A stretch of 64,000 nt of DNA from Eledone cirrhosa (GCA_964016885.1 OZ024743.1:237584001-237648000); one strand, 5' to 3'; numbered from the stretch's first letter, positions 38,983 to 52,923 are shown. Notes: generated by a model from the sequence alone, not told the origin. Translations and numbers: made by a program.

Positions 38983-39065
38983 CCCGGGTTGAATCGGGGG
39001 GTAACCACAGTAAGGCTTCTACGGGACTAGAACTGTATCATTCGGTAGAAACCACCAGGAAGCAT
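38770..39065. mobile_element. Family A PLE terminal pieces in inverted orientation around a (TA)n/(CA)n tract; degenerate HHR at 39014-39063 (-)
   Basis: actgtggttacccccgattgaacccggga versus tcccgggttgaatcgggggtaaccacagt. Confidence 0.65.
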
Positions 39066-39484
39066 ATATATATACACCCTGTGTGTATATGGTGTATGTA
39101 AACACTATATATGCTGCTGTCCAAGGTGAAGGTAAAAGCCAATACAATTTGACCCCAGCTTGAAGTGGAGCCACGTGAAATATTATGACTTGTTGATAAG
39201 AGAGACAAGACGCCGCCCTGTTCGATAATCGAACTGACGACCTTGGGATCGATAACCTAACATCATAGCTATTAAGACACTCTTATCAATAAGTTCAATA
39301 TAACATCAAAGGAAACAAATATCAACAACAATAGATAGAATACATAAAAACGAAACCACACACAATCCCTTCCATATACTGTACCGATTGTGTTGATATT
39401 TCTGTTTACCTTTTACACATATATATATATATGTGTGTGTGTGTGTATATATATATATGTATGTGTGTATATAAATATATACCG

Positions 39485-39521
<37 letters not shown>

Positions 39522-39727
39522 AAAAGGTAAACAGAATAACAAAGCAAACAACACAGAATAGTGAATATATTAGTTTAACGCTTACTCTCTTTCTCTCACA
39601 CACACACACACTCTCTCTCTCACTCTCCCGCTCCCTCCCTCTCTCTTTCTCTCTCTTACAAAAGAGACGGATAACATAAGTACCATGACTAAAAAACAAA
39701 AGTTGATATAATCGACAAAATCAAGAC

Positions 39728-42700
39728 AGTGCCCCAGCATGGTCACAGTCTGAGGTGTGACAGCAGTACGAGAGTGAAGTGCCCCAGCAATGGCCTCAGT
39801 CTGAGGTGTGACAGCAGTACGAGGGTGTAGTGCCCCAGCAATGGCCTCAGTCTGAGGTGTGACAGCAGTACGAGAGTGTAGTGCCCCAGCATGGCCTCAG
39901 TCTGAGGTGTGACAGCAGTACGAGGGTGTAGTGCCCCAGCAATGGCCTCAGTCTGAGGTGTGACAGCAGTACGAGAGTGCAGTGCCCCAGCATGGTCACA
40001 GTCTGAGGTGTGACAGCAGTACGAGAGTGTAGTGCCCCAGCATGGCCACAGTCTGAGGTGTGACAGCAGTACGAGAGTGCAGTGCCCCAGCAATGGCCTC
40101 AGTCTGAGGTGTGACAGCAGTACGAGAGTGCAGTGCCCCAGCATGGCCAGTCTGAGGTGTGACAGCAGTACGAGAGTGCAGTGCCCCAGCATGGCCTCAG
40201 TCTGAGGTATGACAGCAGTACGAGAGTGTAGTGCCCCAGCATGGCCTCAGTCTGAGGTGTGACAGCAGTACGAGAGTGTAGTGCCCCAGCATGGCCAGTC
40301 TGAGGTGTGACAGCAGTACGAGAGTGTAGTGCCCCAGCAATGGCCTCAGTCTGAGGTGTGACAGCAGTACGAGAGTGTAGTGCCCCAGCATGGCCTCAGT
40401 CTGAGGTGTGACAGCAGTACGAGAGTGTAGTGCCCCAGCATGGCCTCAGTCTGAGGTGTGACAGCAGTACGAGAGTGTAGTGCCCCAGCATGGCCACAGT
40501 CTGAGGTATGACAGCAGTACGAGAGTGAAGTGCCCCAGCATGGCCACAGTCTGAGGTATGACAGCAGTACGAGAGTGTAGTGCCCCAGCAATGGCCTCAG
40601 TCTGAGGTATGACAGCAGTACGAGAGTGTAGTGCCCCAGCATGGCCTCAGTCTGAGGTGTGACAGCAGTACGAGAGTGTAGTGCCCCAGCATGGCCAGTC
40701 TGAGGTGTGACAGCAGTACGAGAGTGAAGTACCCCAGCATGGCCACAGTCTGAGGTATGACAGCAGTACGAGAGTGTAGTGCCCCAGCATGGCCTCAGTC
40801 TGAGGTGTGACAGCAGTACGAGAGTGTAGTGCCCCAGCATGGCCAGTCTGAGGTGTGACAGCAGTACGAGAGTGAAGTGCCCCAGCATGGCCACAGTCTG
40901 AGGTATGACAGCAGTACGAGAGTGTAGTGCCCCAGCATGGCCTCAGTCTGAGGTGTGACAGCAGTACGAGAGTGAAGTGCCCCAGCATGGCCACAGTCTG
41001 AGGTATGACAGCAGTACGAGAGTGAAGTGCCCCAGCATGGCCACAGTCTGAGGTATGACAGCAGTACGAGAGTGTAGTGCCCCAGCATGGCCTCAGTCTG
41101 AGGTGTGACAGCAGTACGAGAGTGTAGTGCCCCAGCATGGCCAGTCTGAGGTGTGACAGCAGTACGAGAGTGCAGTGCCCCAGCATGGCCAGTCTGAGGT
41201 GTGACAGAAGTACGAGAGTGCAGTGCCCCAGCATGGCCTCAGTCTGAGGTGTGACAGCAGTACGAGAGTGTAGTGCCCCAGCATGGCCACAGTCTGAGGT
41301 GTGACAGCAGTACGAGAGTGTAGTGCCCCAGCATGGCCTCAGTCTGAGGTGTGACAGCAGTACGAGAGTGCAGTGCCCCAGCATGGCCTCAGTCTGAGGT
41401 GTGACAGCAGTACGAGAGTGTAGTGCCCCAGCATGGCCACAGTCTGAGGTATGACAGCAGTACGAGAGTGTAGTGCCCCAGCATGGCCACAGTCTGAGGT
41501 ATGACAGCAGTACGAGAGTGTAGTGCCCCAGCAATGGCCTCAGTCTGAGGTATGACAGCAGTACGAGAGTGCAGTGCCCCAGCATGGCCACAGTCTGAGG
41601 TGTGACAGCAGTACGAGAGTGTAGTGCCCCAGCATGGTCACAGTCTAATGACAGTAAGAGTGCAGTGCCCCAGCATGGCCACAGTCTGAGGTATGACAGC
41701 AGTACGAGAGTGCAGTGCCCCAGCATGGCCTCAGTCTGAGGTGTGACAGCAGTACGAGAGTGTAGTGCCCCAGCATGGCCACAGTCTGAGGTGTGACAGC
41801 AGTACGAGAGTGTAGTGCCCCAGCATGGCCTCAGTCTGAGGTGTGACAGCAGTACGAGAGTGTAGTGCCCCAGCATGGCCACAGTCTGAGGTGTGACAGC
41901 AGTACGAGAGTGCAGTGCCCCAGCATGGCCTCAGTCTGAGGTGTGACAGCAGTACGAGAGTGTAGTGCCCCAGCATGGCCACAGTCTGAGGTGTGACAGC
42001 AGTACGAGAGTGCAGTGCCCCAGCATGGCCACAGTCTGAGGTGTGACAGCAGTACGAGAGTGTAGTGCCCCAGCATGGCCACAGTCTGAGGTGTGACAGC
42101 AGTACGAGAGTGCAGTGCCCCAGCATGGCCTCAGTCTGAGGTGTGACAGCAGTACGAGAGTGTAGTGCCCCAGCATGGCCACAGTCTGAGGTGTGACAGC
42201 AGTACGAGAGTGCAGTGCCCCAGCATGGCCACAGTCTGAGGTGTGACAGCAGTACGAGAGTGTAGTGCCCCAGCATGGTCACAGTCTGAGGTGTGACAGC
42301 AGTACGAGAGTGTAGTGCCCCAGCATGGCCACAGTCTGAGGTGTGACAGCAGTACGAGAGTGTAGTGCCCCAGCATGGCCTCAGTCTGAGGTGTGACAGC
42401 AGTACGAGAGTGTAGTGCCCCAGCATGGTCACAGTCTGAGGTATGACAGCAGTACGAGAGTGCAGTGCCCCAGCATGGCCACAGTCTGAGGTGTGACAGC
42501 AGTACGAGAGTGTAGTGCCCCAGCATGGCCTCAGTCTGAGGTATGACAGCAGTATGAGAGTGCAGTGCCCCAGCATGGCCAGTCTGAGGTGTGACAGCAG
42601 TACGAGAGTGTAGTGCCCCAGCATGGCCAGTCTGAGGTATGACAGCAGTATGAGAGTGCAGTGCCCCAGCATGGCCAGTCTGAGGTATGACAGCAGTACG

Positions 42701-43703
42701 AGAGTGTAGTGCCCCAGCATGGCCACAGTCTGAGGTGTGACAGCAGTACGAGAGTGTAGTGCCCCAGCATGGCCACAGTCTGAGGTGTGACAGCAGTACG
42801 AGAGTGCAGTGCCCCAGCATGGCCACAGTCTAATGACAGTAAGAGTGCAGTGCCCCAGCATGGCCACAGTCTGAGGTGTGACAGCAGTACGAGAGTGTAG
42901 TGCCCCAGCATGGCCACAGTCTAATGACAGTAAGAGTGCAGTGCCCCAGCATGGCCACAGTCTGAGGTGTGACAGCAGTACGAGAGTGTAGTGCTCCAGC
43001 ATGGCCACAGTCTGAGGTGTGACAGCAGTACGAGAGTGTAGTGCCCCAGCATGGCCACAGTCTGAGGTGTGACAGCAGTACGAGAGTGTAGTGCTCCAGC
43101 ATGGCCACAGTCTGAGGTGTGACAGCAGTACGAGAGTGTAGTGCCCCAGCATGGCCACAGTCTGAGGTGTGACAGCAGTACGAGAGTGTAGTGCTCCAGC
43201 ATGGCCACAGTCTGAGGTATGACAGCAGTACGAGGTGTAGTGCCCCAGCATGGCCACAGTCTGAGGTGTGACAGCAGTACGAGAGTGTAGTGCCCCAGCA
43301 TGGTCACATTCTAATGACAGTAAGAGTGCAGTGCCCCAGCATGGCCACAGTCTGAGGTGTGACAGCAGTACGAGAGTGTAGTGCTCCAGCATGGCCACAG
43401 TCTGAGGTATGACAGCAGTACGAGAGTGTAGTGCCCCAGCATGGCCTCAGTCTGAGGTGTGACAGCAGTACGAGAGTGTAGTGCCCCAGCATGGCCAGTC
43501 TGAGGTATGACAGCAGTACGAGGTGTAGTGCCCCAGCATGGCCACAGTCTAATGACAGTAAGAGTGCAGTGCCCCAGCATAGCCACAGTCTGAGGTGTGA
43601 CAGCAGTACGAGAGTGTAGTGCCCCAGCATGGCCACAGTCTAATGACAGTAAGAGTGCAGTGCCCCAGCATGGCCACAGTCTGAGGTGTGACAGCAGTAC
43701 GAG
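39728..43703. repeat. 50-bp tandem array, ~80 copies, with 48-, 51- and 41-bp variants
   Basis: Unit agtgccccagcatggccacagtctgaggtgtgacagcagtacgagagtgt. Confidence 0.98.
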
Positions 43704-43984
43704 AAGTAAATGAATGAAAGAAAGTTAGAAATGAGTTAAGGGAAGAAAGAGAAGAAAGCAAGCAAGGAAGGAGGAAAGGAAGAATTTGTTGGTATAAGAG
43801 GGAGGGGGTGTTACGGATGGGTGGTGCGCGGGCGTGTGTCGGTTGTCACAACAATACAATATTTCAAAACACCTCACCGACCTCACTGGCAATCGAGTAT
43901 GACTTAGTAATAAATACCAAGGACGGAGCTTGCAATAGAGGTCCCTCGCTGTGAAAATTTCATTGGGGCCCCATTATTTATTGT

Positions 43985-44178
43985 CAAAATCGGTAGACTG
44001 TCGCACAAAATGTTTTGCAGCATTACGTTCTGAGTTCAAGTCACACCGTTCTTAAACTTTGCCTTTCATCCTTACGAGGTCGATAACATAAAGTACCAGT
44101 AATGCACTGGAGTCTATTTAATCGACTTTCCCCTCTCCCAACAACACTGGCCGTGTGTTTAGAGTAGAAATCATCATT
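43985..44178 (+). mobile_element. SINE family 1
   Basis: Family core and tail. Confidence 0.8.
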
Positions 44179-44367
44179 TATGATAGCAAAAATATAAAAA
44201 ATTAAAATAATTTGAGGCAGTTTAAATATTTAAGGTCCTTTGTTACGGTCGAGTGAGTAAACCCTTTAATCATCTAGTGGTATAGACAATGATTTCACTA
44301 AGGGTTTACAGTGGAGAGCTGAGACATACACACCCTCTCTTGATCCAGTAAAATATCCGGAATGAGA

Positions 44368-44415
<48 letters not shown>

Positions 44416-44691
44416 CTTGTATGACCACAGTGTCCTGTGCTTTCTTTATCAACTCTGAAAGGCTAAAAAGCCGAGTGGACCTAGGTGAGATCTGAACTCA
44501 GGTCGTAGAGAGCCGGGACACATTATAACAACACTAACAACTATACTTTGACAAATCAATCGCCTTATACAAATATACAATAGAAAATTATTAAAGAACG
44601 GACTAAAAGCATACATACACACATACACAAACACACATATGTATATATATATATATATATATATACATACGCATACACACATACAAACACA

Positions 44692-44737
<46 letters not shown>

Positions 44738-44768
44738 CTGAATGTATAATATAAACTAGAAGACTTAC

Positions 44769-44822
44769 CTCGGAATATAATAAGATAAACAGCGACAAAT
44801 AAATCCGGTAGAGTTGTGACAT
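44769..44822 (-). CDS. Candidate host first coding exon, signal-peptide-like (MSQLYRIYLSLFILLYSE)
   Basis: ATG in caaATG context, 18 codons, perfect GAG|GTAAGT donor, upstream tttctatag and tttacaag acceptor-like sites. Confidence 0.45.
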
Positions 44823-46260
44823 TTGTGTAAAGTTTTAAATACTATAGAAATATTCTCCTTGTAAATATAAATTACAGATATATGTGTACATGTGTATGTT
44901 GTAAGGTTGTGTATCGTATATATATACAAATATTCTTGTATATATATATGAGAGATGTAGGTGTGTATGTGTGCTGGTTTGTGTTTATGTATATTATATA
45001 TATATAGTTTTAATAAGTACAAATATCCTTGTATATATATATATATATATTATAGATACATGTGCGTTTGATTGCGTATGAGTTTGTGTGTATATATATA
45101 TATATATATAGTTATTTATATTTGTAGATTGTGGTTTTGTTGGTTGTGGTTGATGTCTGTATTATTAATAATAGTAATATTAGTATCATTGATTCTTTTA
45201 AAGGCTTAGTTTGTTGTTATTTACGGTAGCTTTTATTATTGTGATATTGTAATTACTGGTGATGGTAATGATGGTGATGTTGTTGATGTTGTTGTTGCTG
45301 TTGTTGTTGTCATAGATGTCTTCCTGTCAACAGTAATTCCAAAGTTATTTATCTGAAAACACAATTTCTACAGTGCCCTCTCAGTGAAAATATAAACTTT
45401 TATCACTTTTGTCAGTTGGAAATATTTTCTTAGTTTGTAAAACACACATATATATAAACATACATACACATATATATATATATATTATATTATATTATAT
45501 TAAATTATATTAATCCCGGCGTGGTTAACTTTGCCTTTCATCCCAACGGGGGTCGATAAAATGAAGTACCAGTAATACACTGTAATAATTACTGGCCTTG
45601 TGCCTTTTTTATAAACAATTATATTATATTATATTATACTATATTATATTATAATATATTATATTATAATATATTATATTATATATTGTTATATATTATA
45701 ATTCCCGCTTCGCTTATAACGACTCTCTGGCTTGTCTCTGTTATTTTTCTTTCGTTCTGCAAGTACGTGTTAAATTCTTCAATATTCTCCACTTATTTAA
45801 TTCTAATTAAATATCGGCCTTCCATTCCTATTTCTGCAGTTCTGTATTTTTATTCTCTATTACTTGTTATCCCTAATATCTGCCCTGATAGGCAACAGTA
45901 AGAAACATATCGTTGGTAATATATCCGAGTTACCTCCGTTAAGATTCCTGGCCCTTAAGTCCCGGGGATTTTGTGACGTGTGGCTGGCGTGTGTATACAT
46001 ACATGCATGGATTTCTATACGTACGTACATACGTACGTATATATATATATACATATGCATATGTATAATAAAGGTGTGTATGTTTATTCATGGGTGTATC
46101 TAATGCCTGGCCTACATAGAGGAAGGCGCGTGTAAACGTTCGGTTTCTTCTTTATATTTATATATTACTTTTGTTATTTTTGCGTGCGCAAGCACGAGTA
46201 AGACTGCAAGCTGACGAATAGGACTATCTTATAGTATATACACACGTACGTATGTATAGT

Positions 46261-46336
<76 letters not shown>

Positions 46337-46914
46337 TATACATATATATATACGCGCGCGCGTATTTGTGTATGTAAAGGTACGCACACTATAAGCGAGC
46401 GTGCTTTTAGTGTGTGAGTATGTATGTGTGTGTGTGTATGTATGTGTGTGCGAGTGTGTGAGTATGTATATGTGCAAGTGCGTGCGTTAGTATGTATGTG
46501 TGTCCGCGCGAGTGCGTGCGTTAATATGTATGTGTGCGCGTGAGAATGTGTATTAGAATGTATGTGTGTGCGAGTCTTAGTATGCATGTATGTGTGCGTG
46601 TGTTTCTAAGCGAGCACGTGTCTGACTGGTTGTGTGTCCGTTCGTGCATGGCAGCTCATATTTGTCTATATGTATATGTTTGTGTGTATGTGTCTGTCTG
46701 TTTGAGTGTGTGAATATAAGTCGGCGCTCGTGTGTATGTGTTCGCCGTATTCTTTTGTGAGCAAACCTGTAAGGCTCACAGATAAGATGGGGGAGGGGGG
46801 AGTCGGTGATTGATTTAACGAAGTGTGAGGAGGGGGGGGGGTAATAGGTGAAGGGGAGGAGCTTAGAAGTGAAAATACCAAACAACAAAAACAAACATTA
46901 TTCGTAGTAGTTGA

Positions 46915-47390
46915 TTGGTGATGGGGGTGGTGGTGATGGGGGTGGTGGTGGTGGTGGTGGTGGTGGTGGTAGTGGTGGTAGTGGTGGTGATAGAAGTGAT
47001 GGTGGTGATAGTAGTGATGGTGGTGGTGGTGATAGTAGTGGTGGTGGTGTTGGTGGTAGTAGTGGTGGTAGTGGTGATAGAGGTGATAGTAGTAGTGGTG
47101 GTGTTGGTGGTAGTAGTGGTGGTAGTGGTGATAGTGCTAGAGGTGGTGGTGGTGGTGGTGGTGGTGGTGGTGGTAGTGGTAGTGGTGGTGATAGAAGTGA
47201 TGGTGGTGGTGGTGATAGTAGTGGTGGTGGTGTTGGTGGTAGTAGTGGTGGTAGTGGTGATAGAGGTGATAGTGGTAGTGGTGGTATTGGTGGTAGTAGT
47301 GGTGGTAGTGGTGATAGTGCTAGAGGTGGTGGTGGTGGTGATAGTAGTGGTGGTGGTGTTGATGGTGGTGGTAGTGGTGGTGGTGGGTGG
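46915..47390. repeat. (GGT/AGT)n tract
   Basis: Direct. Confidence 0.95.
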
Positions 47391-47477
47391 TTTATAAAAG
47401 TGTGCTGAAAAAATGGGAGGTACTTTCCTAAAACAAAACAAATTCCGAAAGTGAAAGAGAAGGAGTATGAAGAGGAG

Positions 47478-47705
47478 AGAGAGATAATTAATATATAACA
47501 GTAAGAGAGAGGTAGAGAGATTTAATATATAACAGTAAGAAAGAGAGGGAGAGAGAGAGAGTTAATATATAACAGTAAGAGAGAGAGGGAGAGAGTTAAT
47601 ATATAGCAGTAAGAGAGAGAGGGAGAGAGTAAATATATAACAGTAAGAGAGAGAGGGAGAGAGTAAATATATAACAGTAAGAGAGAGAGAGAGGGAGAGA
47701 GTTAA
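47478..47705. repeat. ~33-39 bp minisatellite taatatataacagtaa(ga)n, ~6 copies
   Basis: Direct. Confidence 0.85.
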
Positions 47706-48360
47706 AGAAAGAGTGAGAAAGCAACAAGTAAGAAAGTATTTAAGTAGTGAAAGTGAGGGAAAGAAGGAAAAGTAAAGGAAATATGTGGGGGAAGGAGTGA
47801 GAAGAGGGAGAAGTAAGAGATAGTGATAGGTAGATTAGGGGACAAGGTGTGAGGGGGAGGTTAGACATTGAAGTGTGGAAGTGGGAGGGAAAGATAGGAG
47901 ATGAGTGTGAGAAAGGATATAGAGATAAAGGGGGGAAGGAGAGACAGATTGACAGAGAGAGTGAGGGGTTTGAACCCGACCAGGAGAAGAGAGAGAGGGA
48001 GAAGAACCTGACGTGGAGGAGAGATGGAAGAACCCGGCAGAGAGGGAGAGAGAACGAGAGAGAGAGAAGTATGAACCCGACCGAGAGAGGGAGAGAGGTA
48101 AAGGCAATAAAGTGAGTGTGGGGAGAGTAGTGGAGATAAGAGAGGGTAGCAGTAGAAATTTAATATAAATAAATATTGAGACACGCTTACAGCACAGGTC
48201 TGAGAGAAATGGGCGGGCGACTTATATGACGGACACAAGCGACTACTTAATTACATATTACACATACACACACACATATATATATATATTTGCCAATGTA
48301 TGTGTGTATTATACGCACGCTCGCATTTGCCTACATCAGGCGCACGTGGTCATTTCACCA

Positions 48361-48394
<34 letters not shown>

Positions 48395-48560
48395 TTATAT
48401 ACACACGCACATATACATATCTATTACTGTATATGTAAACAAAGACACTTTTGTGTACGTTAAAATTATATGCTTACATGTGAGTACACACACATTATAT
48501 ATACACATACATACATACATATACACACGAACACACACACATGCACACACGCACACACAC

Positions 48561-48622
<62 letters not shown>

Positions 48623-48927
48623 TGCGGTTAATTTATGGTAGATAATACGGTTGATATATTTTCCTATTTCAAACAAAGAGAAATAGGCGCAAATGCGAGA
48701 AGCTTTAATAGAGGACTCAATACTGATAGAAAGGTGAATCTCTTTGTTCGTAGTCATATATGTGTAGTCACCGCCATCCTACAATATTATTTTCTTCTTT
48801 TACTGGATTCACTCATTAGGTTATGGCCATGCTGGGGCAGTGATTTCAATGGAATCGTTATTTATGTTGTTTTTTTTAAGTTTGAAAAACTTAAAATTTA
48901 TTCCATATTCAGTACACATATAAAAAC

Positions 48928-49518
48928 CTTCTTCTTCCACTTTTAATCCTGAGAGGGTCGTGGGGCAGAGTCCCTAAACACTGCTTCCAGTGGGCCCTGT
49001 CAGAAGCAACCGTTTCCAACTGATCCTTGGTTTTCGTTCCAACCCTTACCTATGGTCATGAATCTTGGGTAATGACCAAAAAAATACAATTGCGAATACA
49101 AGCGGCCGAAATGGGGTTTCTCCGTAGGGCTTTTGGTGTAAAGTTAAACGATAAAGTGTGTAGCTTAGAGATGAGTCACTCCAGGTAGAGCTGCTACTTC
49201 TCCCAATTGAGAGATCACAGCTCCGATAGTATGGACACCTGGTTAGAATGTCTCAGGAAAGAATCACGACAGATTTTAAGGGCAAAGGAGACCCAGCAGG
49301 AGACCCAGGGGTAGACTCCGAGCGAGATGGTTGGATAACATCTATGAACATGGCTGGTCTCTCTTGGGGATCTAGCTGGATCAGTTGGAGATGGTTGTTT
49401 GTGAGAGGACCCACTGGAAGGACAGTTTCGAGACTCTCTCCCCACGACCCTTTCAGGAAGAAGAAGAAGAAGAAGAAGAAGAAGAAGAAGAAGAAGAAGA
49501 AGAAGAAGAAGAAGAAGA
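48928..49518 (+). pseudogene. RTE LINE 3' fragment (49030-49518, (GAA)n tail) with an adjacent inverted 3' end (48928-49027)
   Basis: FVPTLTYGHESWVMT...IQAAEMGFLRRAFGV; frameshifted. Confidence 0.85.
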
Positions 49519-50189
49519 GATATGGTATATTCATGTGGTTGATTTACAATATATTTTAAGAGCTCGAACCGACATTCTCTATTCAATTTGTTGACGTAAT
49601 GGACAGGTGCTCCTATCACCTCCCAATCAACTTCTCAGGTAAAAGAAATAATAACTTCAGCTGCTACTATTACAGGTGTCAAATTTAGGTCTAATATTAG
49701 GACGTATAATTCATGATTTAGCTTTCACATCCTTAGGTATGGTCCCGTCATTCCTGAGGGATATTAAGGGCGCCTAGTGACAAAAATAATCATATTTGAA
49801 TAAGTGAACATATTTAGATAAAGAAGAGAATACACATAAATTCTTAAATGGTTGTATGGTCTCGTAACCCCTAAGTAACCCCTGAGTCGTGGGGCGCCAT
49901 ATTGACATAGGGCAATTTTAAACCTGGCGGAGACAACCTCCTCTCTAGGTCAGAATACAGCAGATTTCTTCCGGAGAATGATAGAGAGAGGGAGGGGGGG
50001 GGGGGAGAAAGAATCGGCCTCAGTACTAGACTGGTACCTTTTTTTATCGACCTCAAATAAACAAACCCTAATCCATTAGGAGAGTATACATTAGATGGGG
50101 GAGGTCCTCCATTCACTACCCTCATATTTAATTGTATTCATGACTCATAGCAGTTTTGATCAGTGTTTTCATTTTCATATATACTATAT

Positions 50190-50332
50190 CTAGGGCGGGT
50201 AACATTCCCGAGACGACTTCTCTCCAGCGGTCTCTGTCCCTCATTATCGCTGCCATGTCCTGCATCTCCAAGACACCAGTGTCTGTCCTTAGGACATCAA
50301 TATATGTCAACCTCGGTCTTCTTCTTCCAGTA
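50190..50332 (-). pseudogene. RTE-like LINE C-terminal remnant
   Basis: GRRRPRLTYIDVLRTDTG...MRDRDRWREVV. Confidence 0.7.
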
Positions 50333-50363
50333 TAATACAATGGCATCCATTTAAAATACACTA

Positions 50364-50421
<58 letters not shown>

Positions 50422-51170
50422 TGTGAAGGTTGTGGGTTCGAAGCCCGGACTGGGTGGTGGGTTGTGTTCTTGGGCAAAACACATTATTTCACGTTACTCC
50501 AGTTTACTCAGCCCTACTCTCCCTTGGACAACATCAGTGGTGTGGAGAAGAAAGACTGGTGTTCATGGGAGACTGCTAGTCTTCCACAAACACACCTTGT
50601 CCAGACTTGAACCTCGGAGGGGAACTTTCTACGTGCAAAGCCATGGTCATTGGTGACCGAAGGAGGCCTACAACACGTGTGTGTGATGAGTACACAGGTG
50701 AAACTCCAGAGTAACAACACTCACCATATAGCCTTAATAAAGAATATTTAAACTCTACTTCGGTATTGAGAACTCATTCTCACGTCTGTCAACATCTCAC
50801 GGATATATATGTATTTCAAATCCCGCCAAGATCAACTTTGCCTTTCATCCTTCCAAGGTCAATAAAAAAAAGTACCAGATAAATACTGGGGTCGGTCTTC
50901 CTCTATATCTCTACCTCACTCTATTCTTCTCTGGAAGAAATCTATTGTGTTCAGACCTGGAGAGGAGATGGGCTCCAACAGATTTAATAATTGTTTCTAC
51001 TTTTGACACAAAGCCAACAATTATCCCAGTTTATTACTGGTACTTTATTTTATCGACCCCGTAAGGATGAAAGCAAAGTTAACCTCGGCAGGATTTGAAC
51101 TGAGACCATAAAGGGCCGTAATTCTTTTGCTGCAAAGCATGGCGTCCGACCCTCTACCGATACTGCCAAC
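50422..51170. mobile_element. Stack: CORE-SINE (50422-50670 +), family E PLE piece (50690-50805 +), SINE family 1 copies (50815-50990 +, 50988-51170 -)
   Basis: Family cores recognisable by eye. Confidence 0.75.
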
Positions 51171-51235
51171 CTACAATAATGTCCTAAAAGTGCCGTTAAT
51201 ACGGCATCCCTACCACCCCACCAGGAGTTACAAAA

Positions 51236-51303
<68 letters not shown>

Positions 51304-51309
<6 letters not shown>

Positions 51310-52405
51310 GTTTGTATATGTATAATAAAGCCAAAACAATGCAGGTATGGACAGAATAAAGAATGCAAATGCAAAAGATATTGTTGACAATTAGTCTTTT
51401 ACCTTAGATTTATTTAAATGTCCTTAATTTTCGAGATAATATCTCTTTTTCGGAGGGAAGTAAAGCGGTTAAACCAGTGTTCTAAATAGCTTGCCAAGTC
51501 ATGCTGACAGGAAATGGTATAGAGTATCTGTTCTATCTCTAATGTCAAAGAGTTAAGGTTAGGTGGATAAAGGTGTTTTTGCATTTAACTAGGTGTTAAA
51601 TGCATTTAACTAGGTGTTAAATGCATTTAACTAGTAGTTAAATGCAAAAACACCGACAAAACCATAACAGTTAGGATAGAAACTAAGGAAAGAAACCTCG
51701 GCAATCTTAGAATTAAGGAAGCACTAATTATAGACAAAACACAACCACGAATCAATAATAGACTAGAACTCAGCACCCAATTTATAACTAGATAGAGCTT
51801 CTAGCCCCATATTTACACACACCCCACACACACGCACACACACACGCACACACACGCACACACACAACACGCTTACACCTCCACTTATTCTCTCTCACAC
51901 ACACACATACACACACACACAAAGACCAGTTCTAACACGAGATAACATCTATCCCCCACATTTACGTATAGACATATCTTCTCACACTCACACACACACA
52001 CACTCACATACTTACACCTTCATGCATTCTCCCACACACTTAAACAGGCATGTACAAAAAAAAAACCCCTGTTAAAGGGAGACTACTCTTTATCCACCTA
52101 ACCTTAACTCTTTGACATTAGAGATAGAACAGATACTCTATACCATTTCCTGTCAGCATGACTTGGCAAGCTATTTAGAACACTGGTTTAACCGCTTTAC
52201 TTCCCTCCGAAGAAGAGATATTATCTCGAAAATTAAGGACATTTAAATAAATCTAAGGTAAAAGACTAATTGTCAACAATATCTTTTGCATTTGCATTCT
52301 TTATTCTATGTCCATACCTGCATTGTTTTGGCTTTATTATACATATACAAACGTTTATACCTCATTACACAATGCTTCAAGTGAACTATAACCTCCTCCC
52401 CCTAT
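51304..52405. mobile_element. PLE (family F): inverted 3' UTR copy, fold-back junction, then direct GIY-YIG C-terminus and 3' UTR, in (TA)n
   Basis: 51304-51570 is the reverse complement of 52089-52358; HHR-like motifs at 51422-51456 (-) and 52204-52238 (+). Confidence 0.85.
51640..51795 (+). pseudogene. PLE GIY-YIG C-terminal fragment (not in the ORF track)
   Basis: KCKNTDKTITVRIETKERNLGNLRIKEALIIDKTQPRINNRLELSTQFITR*. Confidence 0.8.
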
Positions 52406-52531
52406 ATATATATATGTAGGAGTTGAGTTTTATTGTAGCACAATAAAGCAATGCAAATATCGGATAAGTAGTACTCAACAGTTTATAAGACTAGAGTAAA
52501 AATAATATAAAATATAATATATAGATATATA

Positions 52532-52923
52532 TAGGGTGTCCCCAAAAAATGTAAACGCACTTTGATTACTTGTACAAACAATATTTATTAGAATACACAG
52601 CCACAAAATAAATGATCTACAGACATAATTGTAAACACCCAAAAATGTTTACATAATTTAAACGATTGTTTCTACTATTGGCACAAGGCCAGCAATTATC
52701 CCAGTGCATTACTGGTACTTTATTTTATCAACCCCGTAAGGATGAAAAACAAAGCTAACCTCGGTGGGATTTGAACTCAGATCATACAGGGGCGTAACTC
52801 TATGCTGGGAAACATGGCGTCCGACCATCGACCGATACTGTCAATCCAATGCATATAAAACAGAATTTATTTGAATTCATCTTTTAAAGATTTTTGTGGG
52901 TATACATGTTTGGGAACACCCTA
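52532..52923. mobile_element. Tc1/mariner-like MITE with a nested SINE family 1 copy (52665-52850, -)
   Basis: TIRs tagggtgtccccaaaaaatgta / tacatgtttgggaacacccta, TA flanks. Confidence 0.75.

Noticed and set aside
39743-43761. Cys/His-rich repeat ORFs up to 555 aa
   Set aside because: A 50-bp (non-triplet) unit read through rotating frames; SINE-derived satellite.
45881-45918. Possible further HHR (tgcc-ctgatag...GAAA-catatcg-TT-ggta)
   Set aside because: Core box altered and stem II cannot be formed; too degenerate to call.
48928-49518. Fold-back structure in an RTE element
   Set aside because: The inverted 3' end is visibly diverged from the direct copy, so independent adjacent insertions are more likely.
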